64,000 bases of DNA, taken from positions 191,947 through 255,946 of the forward strand of contig MU619241.1 in NCBI GenBank assembly GCA_025201805.1, given 5' to 3'. The position numbers and the translations under genes were made by a program. Shown one piece after another: positions 54,598 to 64,000 of the stretch (the first letter of the stretch is position 1; every line of letters starts with the position of its first letter). The stretch comes from Parasitella parasitica NRRL 2501 (taxonomy: Eukaryota; Fungi; Mucoromycota). The notes below the pieces were generated by a model, which was given only the letters and a program-made list of their open reading frames with translations, made no database searches and was not told the DNA's origin.

Positions 54598-55956
54598 TTA
54601 TCTTGCCTCCTGCATGGTTATCTCGGGGCTCTTTTCTTCGACATCTGGATGGTTTGTTTTCCAATTGAGCTTTCTCTTGAAATAGAGCGTAACGTATACG
54701 AGAATTACAAGAACAGGCACTTCAATGAGAGGACCAATAGTAGCTGCCAGTGCTTGCTCCGAGTTGATGCCGTATGTACCCACAGCTACCGCGATAGCCA
54801 GCTCAAAATTGTTGCTGCCAGCTGTAAATGATTGGGTAACAACAAGTTCATACGGAAAATGGAACGCCATTTTCAGGACAAAGAAAGGAACAAAGAACAT
54901 GATGATAAAGTAGCAAAAAAGGGGGACGGCGACGCGAAAGACAGAGCCAATATTATCGATGATGTGGTGGCCTTGGTTTGCAAACATGACAATAATAGTA
55001 TAGATTAAGCCGACTAGAGCCAAAGGACCGAAATGAGGCAAAAACTTGTCATTATACCACTTGTCTCCCTTCAAAAAACGCAATGAAAACCGAGTAATGA
55101 TTCCAGCAACCAAGGGGATGCCGAGATAAATCAGCACAGACTGTGCTACTGGCCAAATATCAACATTGATAGCCGTGTCTTGTGGTGCACCAAACCATGA
55201 CGGTACAATGTTTATGAAAAACATGGCATAAGGCGAGAACAGCGCAATCTGAAGAATAGAATTAATAGCAACCAAGACGGCGCAATAATTTGCATCACCA
55301 CCAGCTAATGTGTTCCAGATAAGAACCATGGCAATGCACCTGTTGGGTGCACAATGATGAGAGAGCGTTTCTCGCGCATGCAGATCAATGAACTAACCTT
55401 GCTAAGCCTACCATAACCACACCTGTACGAAAGCCTGGCAAGTCTGGTAAACAGGCCCAGGCGAGTGCTGTCATCACAATAGGGCCGATAATCCAGTTGA
55501 TTACAATAGACACGAGGATTTGGATCCAGATTTTTCTGTCTTGCAAGATGATATGAAGACGTTCGTATTGGATTTTGCAGAGAACAGGGTACATCATAAC
55601 GAGTAGGCCAATAGCAATTGGCACAGAAACAGAGCCAAACTGTACAGTCTCAAAAGATTCTTGGACATTGGGTGCAAAGTAGCCTATGATAACACCAATG
55701 ATCATTGCTAGTAAGATCCACACAACCAAAAAGCGATCGAGAAATCCCAAACGACGAATCAATGCTATATCAACCTTTAACTATGGGATCTTTGCACTTG
55801 GGATTACTATAAAGTACCTGTTTCCTCTTGTGAGTTCTTGCCATTGTACTGAGCTGTCATTTTTTGATATTCATTCATAGCAGAATCCACACAATAATCA
55901 AAGCTACAATCATCGGTTTTGTAGCAGACAGAGGATCTCTCTATAGGACATGTCAT
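54598..55956 (-). CDS. ACR3: ACR3-family arsenite/antimonite efflux permease, 3 exons
   Basis: LGFLDRFLVVWI, IAIGLLVMMYPVL, NWIIGP, GLARCIAMVLIW, GSNNFELAIAVAV and IGPLIEVPVL. The first in-frame ATG is 55956 (alternatives 55878 and 55860). Confidence 0.93.
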
Positions 55957-56698
55957 GATTTAAACTTTTACAAATATATCAGAAACAGACTAAATGAAAA
56001 AGCAAGTCGAAACATGTGCACTTCTCCATCAATTACCCAGGCATTGCGGCAGGACTGCTCAAGTAAGAAGCTACCAGATCCGGATTCATATGATGGCTGT
56101 TGCGAATTAGATATTACAAAAAATGAAAAATAATGCTATCCATTCTATCCATGATTATCGGTGAAAAGTAATAACTTTTTTTTTATAGCATGCTTGTTTA
56201 TTCCATCCCAATGTTTATAAGAGTCCGCTGCATTTGATAATTGCCAGTGTCGATGTATTATAAAGTTTTTTTTTCCATTAAATATCGAGAGTTCTTATAT
56301 CAATGATCAAGAAAGCGATCGACATTTGCCTCCGATAAACAGATACATTCATATTCCTTTTAGAATTCATTGCAAAAAATATTTACCTATTATAGGTTCA
56401 GATCAAACAAGGACGATGGCTTTTATTGTAAAAAAGCCAATCTATTGTCAAAGTAATGGATATTGATAGAGGCTCGCTTACAACTGTGCAAATTCACTGC
56501 TCGAATTGTTTAGGATACATTCAATCAGACAATCTATATAGAAAACAATGACCAATCAAAATAACAGAGAAAGGTCAGGAATCTTGTAGAAAGAAAATTT
56601 TTTAAACAAACGATTAGAAATCAAAGATCTATAAAAAGAGAGCTGTTATTTTCTTTTTTATTCCCCTTTCACCTCCTTTTATATTTAACGACGAAACC

Positions 56699-57979
56699 AT
56701 GGTTAGAGAAACAAAGTTTTACGATGTTTTAGGCGTTAGCCCCGAAGCTTCAGAAAGTGATCTCAAGAAGAGCTACAGAAAATTGGCTTTAAAGTATCAT
56801 CCTGACAAGGTACTGCCGCAACTGCGTTTAGTTGTTTATGTATTAACATTTCTACGGTAGAATCCTGAAGCTGGCGACAAGTTTAAAGAGATATCTCATG
56901 CCTATGAGATCCTTTCTGATCCTCAAAGACGTCAAATGTACGATCAATTTGGCGAGGAAGGATTAAATGGTGGGCCTGGTATGAATGGTGGCATGGATGC
57001 TGAAGATCTATTTTCTCAACTCTTTGGTGGTGGATTTGGTGGCGCACGTAGAGAACCCTCAGGTCCTCGTCATGGAAAGGATATGGTCCATGCTTTGAAA
57101 GTTAATCTTGAAGATCTTTATAATGGCAAAACTAGCAAGCTAGCTCTTCAAAAGCACGTCATTTGCTCCAAATGTGAGGGTAGGGGTGGCAAAGAAGGAT
57201 CTGTCCATAAATGTGGGACATGTAATGGTCTAGGCAAGCGCCTAGTCACCCGTCAAATGGGTCCTATGATTCAACAAATGCAGCTATCCTGTGATAGCTG
57301 TAAAGGCACTGGTGAAATCATTAATGATAAGGATCGTTGCACAAATTGTAAAGGCAAGAAGATTGTTGGTGACAAGAAGATTCTCGAAGTTCACATCGAT
57401 AAGGGTATGCGTGATGGACAAAAGATTACATTTTCTGGTGAAGGTGACCAAGCCCCCAACATTATTCCCGGCGATATTATTATTGTAATTGATGAGAAAC
57501 CTCATTCTCATTTCCAACGTCAAGGTGATGATTTGATCTATGAAGCCAAGATAGATCTCTTAACCGCACTTGCTGGCGGTAATTTTACTATACCCCATCT
57601 TGACGACAGAATGCTCAAAGTCAGCATCTTGCCTGGTGAGGTCATCAAACCTAATGATGTCAAGGTTATTCCTAACGAAGGCATGCCTGCCTATCGCACT
57701 CACACTAAGGGACATCTCTTTGTCAAATTCACCATTGACTTCCCTGAACCTAATTGGACCACTCCCGAAACGATTGCTCAACTCGAAAACATTTTACCTG
57801 CTCGCCCTAAACTCCCCACTGACTTTGGGGATAAACATGTTGAGGATGTTGTCATGGCGGATGCATCTGACTATCAAAATAGCTCTAGACAAAATAGCAA
57901 CGCTCATATGCATGATGGCTATGAAGATGAAGATGATCACCAGGGTGCTGGACCCGGTGTTCAATGTGCTCAGCAATAA
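56699..57979 (+). CDS. YDJ1: Type I Hsp40/DnaJ co-chaperone with CAAX tail
   Basis: [18 protein letters not shown]|NP, four CxxCxGxG-type zinc-finger repeats, C-terminal GVQCAQQ*; TATA near 56630. Confidence 0.95.
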
Positions 57980-58825
57980 GAATAACCTGAAGAATCTTTT
58001 ATATAATTTTAATATCATTTAGACCCTCTCTTCGATCTTTTTTTATTTTCTATGTTGTAAATTTTTTCCCTACATTTGCTTAACTTTCTTTTATAAATAT
58101 ACACAGGTCTTTTTCTTTTTAGACGAAATAAAAAAAAATCAATTCATGGATATCGCAGCAATTCATGTACCGTATACATTTCAGGATTTGCTAATGAGAA
58201 AAAGTAAAAAGATTTTACATTATTGTAGTGTGTTCAAAACTAGTTAATTATGACATTACCTGTGCAAGTAGCATAATACGCAGATACAATTGAGCTGAGG
58301 ATGAAGACATTCCTTGTATTGTGTATATTTAAACTTGGATGGTGCCGGACTCTTATGCACAGCATTTTCTAATACTCCCGATCCAAGTGCTACAGCATTT
58401 TTTTTGCAAGGTTTACAAATCCATGATATTTTTCTTGATACTGTATTGCATGAGGTACCCTTCATGAAAAACAGTGATTTGGACAAGATCAAAGATTTCA
58501 CTCGGAAAATTGAATTTCTCCTTCTTCAGCATGTTTAGATGGTATTTGATACGAGCATGTCAACTCTTGGTATTTGCTAGTAATTTCATTGACCTTTGGC
58601 TGACGACGAGTCTATTTTTTTTTTATTTTTTTATTACAAAATTGGATAGCCACTAGATAATACTGCAAATATTAGTTGATTTTCCTGGTATATTTTATTA
58701 ATATTCATTTCGAGATATCGTCAAAAGATGGTTTCGAGAGAGATTTTGCAGAAAAGATGCTGCCAAAGGGGTGGGGGCGGGTTAATCTCCGCCAGGCACT
58801 GCAAAAATATGGTAGCAGATACTCA

Positions 58826-60250
58826 ATTGTTGCGAATTATGATCGAGTCAACCTGGACTGCCCGAAGACAGTGTTACTTCACTACGGGTTTCTGATGATG
58901 CTGGTTCAAGCAATATACTTTCTGCTCAAACACAACCACATTGTTCTTAATGTCAATGGACACTTGTCGCCAGACACAGTTCCCAAGCTGCGAGGCTTAA
59001 AACAAGGCGATCCCATCTCCTGCATTCTATACAATTTTGGCTTGGCGCTTCAGCTACGCAGCATTTTGGCTGATGCCCATGTCCAAGGATTTACCTTCCA
59101 TCGTCGCTATCCTGAGCAGTCGCCTACCACACCGTCCATCAAACTCCTCAGCTATGCCGATGGCACTCTCTTTTTCCTATATGATGTTGCTTCCTGCTGC
59201 CCGCTCTTTGGCTTTAGTCGGTGCTCCCATCAACACTGTAACAATGATCCTCCGCACCATGAATGCCATCCCGCGCAGATTCCTGCCCGCTGATCGCAAC
59301 CCCATTGAGTGCCTGCTGCTGCCCATTCCGGCCATCATCAAGTCCACCACTCTTCGTTACAAGCTGGCCAAAAAGCCCAAGTCGGCCACAGTTGGGGACA
59401 TCTTTGAGTTGCAGGTATTTGGCTTTTTCCTCTCGCCCATCCCAGGCAACCGCCGCCTACCTAGCCATCTCACGTTTGTCGCCCGCCGGTTCCATCAGGC
59501 GTTGACCCGTACTGATTGCCTCTTTCACCCCCTTCTTCCGTGCCTTGTCTGGAACGCACAACGCTTAGCCTCTATAGCCAAGATGACCGCCCCTCATATC
59601 CAGACAATGCTGAATTTCGCCTCCTTCCGCAAAGGCTTGCATATTCAACCTAGCCATGACAATTTTGCCTACAGCCAGGGACGAACGCTCAACTTTAGAC
59701 ATATGTTTCTGGAGGCCACTGAGCGCCGACTGCCCGCTACACAGGCTATCGCTGCCTCATCGTGGAAAGCTTTCTAGGCCCTCTTCCTCAACCACACCCA
59801 ACGAAATGTCTTTTACCGCTTGATCCACCACAAGATTCCTACCCGATTGCAGCGCTCCCACTGCAACTCGCCCACCGTCTTCGATCCCTTGGTAATCTTC
59901 ATTGTAGCCCTGGCCGAAGTGTGGAAAGCGCACTGGCGTTTCATATTCGATGCTGTACCTTTGACAACGAATTCGCTCTTTGTTTCTTTCCAACGTGTAC
60001 TGAAAAAATTGCAAGCTGAAGACAATCTTCCCCTTTCTGCTGGCTAAATGCATCCTCCATTTTGTTTTCTTTTCTTCCTTTCCCTTTTTTTTTTATTTTT
60101 TATTTTTTTATTGTTACTACATAGGGTTATACTATCTACACATTACAATAATGAGCAGCAAACTTTGGCAAACTTTTATACGTTGTTTTCCTTTTCTTTA
60201 TTTTTTGCACAACTGCTGAGCAAACTCTGATTTTAGTGCCAAAATGAACA
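58826..60250 (+). mobile_element. Degenerate L1-like non-LTR retrotransposon (RT and C-terminal fragments)
   Basis: YDRVN, NVNGHLS..RGLKQGDPISCILYN and LLSYADG (YADD-like), then NVFYRLIHHKIPTR and VWKAHWRFIFD. Multiple frameshifts and deletions; higher GC than the flanks. Confidence 0.85.
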
Positions 60251-60489
60251 CCAAGAAATTTACCGTCTGCTTGAATACAAAAAGACTTTTTTCGACATTC
60301 AAAGATGGATAATGTCATGTCTTGAATATAAAATACAGTACAGCTTTTTTCCTGGTCCAATTATTATTATATCTGAAATGTAGGCCTTGTTTTTATAGTG
60401 TTATGAACGTTGTGAATTAATTGATTTCGAATGCAAAAAAAAAAAAAAAAAAAAAGTTTATAAAATATTTAAATTGTAAGCATCAGTAT

Positions 60490-60744
60490 TAATGTAAAAT
60501 ATAGAGATTTTATGTTTATTTTCAACATTCAATGTAAAATATAGGTTTTATGTTTTTTTTCAACATTTTTTTTTTTTAATTTGTTTTATGTTTATTTTCA
60601 ACATTTATTTCTTTAATTCTATTCATCCGGGGGAAAAGGTACACTGAAAAATACTATCACTAAAAAAAACACACACACACACACACACGCACACACACAC
60701 ACACGCACACACACGCACACACACACACACGCACACACACACAC

Positions 60745-60782
<38 letters not shown>

Positions 60783-62067
60783 ATACATACACTACATACA
60801 CATACATACAAACACATACAAACACATACACACAACCCCCAGAAGACGTGAAGCTTAACGATGGCCTTTAAAAACCCCCGGAAGAAGAATTAGACCAGAG
60901 AGAGAGAACCACCTACAGTGCAATACTGCTGTTAGTATCAAATATCAAAATAAAAATGTAATTGTACTTACGAGAGAAAGAACCAGGGAGAGAACCAGGG
61001 AGAAAACCAGAGAGCGAGAACCATCTACGATGCAATACTGCTGTTAGTATTAAATATCAAAAATAAAAATGTGATTGTACTTACGAGAGAAAGANNNNNN
61101 NNNNNNNNNNNNNNNNNNNNNNNNNNNNNNNNNNNNNNNNNNNNNNNNNNNNNNNNNNNNNNNNNNNNNNNNNNNNNNNNNNNNNNNNNNNNNNNNNNNN
61201 NNNNNNNNNNNNNNNNNNNNNNNNNNNNNNNNNNNNNNNNNNNNNNNNNNNNNNNNNNNNNNNNNNNNNNNNNNNNNNNNNNNNNNNNNNNNNNNNNNNN
61301 NNNNNNNNNNNNNNNNNNNNNNNNNNNNNNNNNNNNNNNNNNNNNNNNNNNNNNNNNNNNNNNNNNNNNNNNNNNNNNNNNNNNNNNNNNNNNNNNNNNN
61401 NNNNNNNNNNNNNNNNNNNNNNNNNNNNNNNNNNNNNNNNNNNNNNNNNNNNNNNNNNNNNNNNNNNNNNNNNNNNNNNNNNNNNNNNNNNNNNNNNNNN
61501 NNNNNNNNNNNNNNNNNNNNNNNNNNNNNNNNNNNNNNNNNNNNNNNNNNNNNNNNNNNNNNNNNNNNNNNNNNNNNNNNNNNNNNNNNNNNNNNNNNNN
61601 NNNNNNNNNNNNNNNNNNNNNNNNNNNNNNNNNNNNNNNNNNNNNNNNNNNNNNNNNNNNNNNNNNNNNNNNNNNNNNNNNNNNNNNNNNNNNNNNNNNN
61701 NNNNNNNNNNNNNNNNNNNNNNNNNNNNNNNNNNNNNNNNNNNNNNNNNNNNNNNNNNNNNNNNNNNNNNNNNNNNNNNNNNNNNNNNNNNNNNNNNNNN
61801 NNNNNNNNNNNNNNNNNNNNNNNNNNNNNNNNNNNNNNNNNNNNNNNNNNNNNNNNNNNNNNNNNNNNNNNNNNNNNNNNNNNNNNNNNNNNNNNNNNNN
61901 NNNNNNNNNNNNNNNNNNNNNNNNNNNNNNNNNNNNNNNNNNNNNNNNNNNNNNNNNNNNNNNNNNNNNNNNNNNNNNNNNNNNNNNNNNNNNNNNNNNN
62001 NNNNNNNNNNNNNNNNNNNNNNNNNNNNNNNNNNNNNNNNNNNNNNNNNNNNNNNNNNNNNNNNNNN

Positions 62068-62130
<63 letters not shown>
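60490..62130. repeat. Left arm (copy B) of long inverted repeat: AT-rich tandem, IR-(CA)n-IR, 112-bp tandem units, N-gap, poly-A
   Basis: Direct match to 24841-25205; 60904-61094 is the reverse complement of units at 63863-64000; ends in poly-A 62068-62130. Confidence 0.85.
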
Positions 62131-62133
<3 letters not shown>

Positions 62134-62365
62134 TTGGGAACCAGGGTTAGTCAGTATAAAGTAGTGTGTCACGTATGTTTGCATGAAATAGCTGAATACT
62201 AGGTTTTCAATATTTATGCGTGAGACACTAAAAGGCATGTAGCTAAATCAATCCAAGGCAATTTTTTTTTCATGGTTCATGTTCATGTTCATGTCATAAA
62301 AGTGGGCATTGTACAATTTATTATTCATGTGAAATAGAAAAATTCTAATGTGTCTATATTTTGAT

Positions 62366-63166
62366 TCAAGAGGAAGCTTGGGCTGCAGCTTGAGCACCAG
62401 CAAAAGAATCCATAATGTGAGCATAAGCAGGTAAGCGCTTAGCAAACAAAGCAGCCATACCGTTGATATCCTTGCGCCAATCACGACCTAATTCACAAGC
62501 AACACTAAACCAGTTCATGAGTTGGATGCCAGCTTGTTGCATCCTCAACCAAGAAGCATCACGAACAGCCTCAGAGAAAGTACCGGAAGCATCAGTGACA
62601 ACAAAGACTTCATAGCCAGCCTTTTTGGCAGAAAGAGAGACAAAGGTAACACAAACATCAGTGACGATACCTGAAATAATAAGTTGTTTTCTTCCAGTCT
62701 TCTTGATTGCCTAGAAGCGTAACGACACAATAGTTAGTATATATACACGCAAACATAAAAAATGCACAAAAAGAAAAAAGAAAAAACAAAAACATAAAAA
62801 AAATCCCAGGCATACCTTGACAAAGCGTTCATCATCCCAAGCATTAATTTGCCCAGGTCTGGCAATGTAAGTAGAGTTGGGGAACAAGCTTTTGAGCTCA
62901 GGAAGCATGATACCGTTGGGACCATCCTCACGAGAAGTAGTCAAGATGGCAGGGACATTAAAGTACTTTGCACTTTCGGCAAGACCCATAACATTGTTCA
63001 AGTATGTATCAGGGTTGTAGTCTTGGACCAGATTCATGAGGCCAGTTTGGTGATCCACAAATAAAAAGAGAGCATCATCGAGGTTGAGACGGTTGTAAAA
63101 ATCGGCAGAAACAGTAGAGATCAAGGCAGCAGCACCGACAAAAGCAGCAGTAAGAGAGAAACGCAT
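62366..63166 (-). CDS. ycaC: YcaC-like isochorismatase-family cysteine hydrolase with predicted signal peptide (2 exons, 231 aa)
   Basis: Exons 63166-62816 and 62710-62366: MRFSLTAAFVGAAALISTVSA|DFYNRLNLDDALFLFVDHQTGL..ILTTS..GPNG..IARPGQINAWDD..TGRKQLIISGIVTDVCV..VVTDASGT..ACELGRDWR. TATAAATA at 63246-63239. Confidence 0.92.
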
Positions 63167-63410
63167 TGTATAGAAGCAAGTGGCAAATACCAAGGATGTG
63201 TATAATAAGAAGTTAGTGTATTTGACTGTTTTGCCCTGTATTTATACTGTTTTCCTGCGGCTCTATTGAGATATGGTTTTTGGTGCGCTGCCAAAAGAGA
63301 GGCTTTCACTTTGATGCTTTGTAATGGTGATCTCATTTACATTTCAAAGAGATTTGATGAATAAGCAAAAGCATTCTGTATACTAGCAAGGAAGGACTGA
63401 TCTGTGTACA

Positions 63411-63413
<3 letters not shown>

Positions 63414-63464
<51 letters not shown>

Positions 63465-64000
63465 ATACAAATTGGGGTGGTATTTACATAATCCGAAAAC
63501 AAATCAGAACACTCATTTCTCGTCTAGGGCATGTAAAATCGATGAAAAGTAAACAAAAAGCTACTTTTACGAGCAAATATGAATATACATTTCATTGATT
63601 TGCGAGAAATTCACAATATAAGCTGCAAATGATGCTACCCATCAGATTGTAGTAAATTTTTCAAGGAATTTAATGGTGTTAATCGCATCACAAGCAGACT
63701 GGAATATCTTGCGAAAATCCAGTAAACCATTTTTTACGCCTCACTTTTTTTCAAACTGATCAGGATTGATAGCCTAGACCTAGAGATAAAAGTATAAAGG
63801 AGGATTCCTTTTACTCATCTGCTAAAAAAAAAACAACAACCTTTTCTTTTCATTTGTAGATTCTCGTAAGTACAATCACATTTTTATTTTGATATTTGAT
63901 ACTAAAGCAGTATTGCATCGTAGATGGTTCTCGCTCTCTGGTTTTCTCTCTGGTTTTCTCTCTGGTTCTTTCTCTCGTAAGTACAATCACATTTTTATTT
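63414..64000. repeat. Right arm (copy C, inverted) of long inverted repeat, running off the window
   Basis: Starts with poly-T 63414-63462; 63634-63931 is the reverse complement of 25429-25133; inverted ~111-bp tandem units from 63863 to the window end. Confidence 0.85.

Noticed and set aside
56579-56591. Heat-shock element (GAAtcTTGtaGAA) in the ACR3/YDJ1 divergent promoter
   Set aside because: The central unit is mismatched, and such matches are common in AT-rich DNA; plausible but unsupported.
60619-60835. Cys/Val-rich metallothionein-like ORFs (also 24914-25141 and 41119-41334)
   Set aside because: Translations of (CA)n or (CAG)n microsatellites.
61071-62238. Long X-filled, poly-K and poly-F ORFs (also 25338-26053 and 18136-18597)
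   Set aside because: Artefacts of N-gaps and homopolymers.

Overview
Intron-rich, AT-rich fungal DNA, most likely Mucorales (inferred from the CotH gene, short introns with CTAAY branch points and frequent AAG acceptors, and the repeat content). It holds about 19 protein-coding genes: CLP1, CSN12/PCID2, RSP5, TFIIA-gamma, ADE2, SVP26, DPH6, CCT8, a Gti1/Pac2 WOPR factor, an intronless GH36 alpha-galactosidase, a multi-KH protein, a PDK1/PKH kinase, QNS1, a sorbitol/xylitol dehydrogenase, an SR-like RRM protein, CotH, ACR3, YDJ1 and a YcaC-like isochorismatase. It also holds a tRNA-Leu(TAA), a young Tc1/mariner DD34E transposon with ~160-bp modular TIRs, and decayed LINE and chromovirus remnants. 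The most notable structure is at ~60.5-64 kb: a complete YcaC-like gene with a predicted signal peptide sits between two long, modular, inverted repeat arms, like a foldback or Pack-MULE gene carrier. A second, decayed copy of arm plus gene fragment lies at ~24.8-26.7 kb. A MITE-like insertion frameshifts CotH but carries splice signals that might restore the frame. Three N-gaps (18188-18512, 25430-25989, 61095-62067) and the window edge hide parts of these repeats. Exon structures were read by eye.
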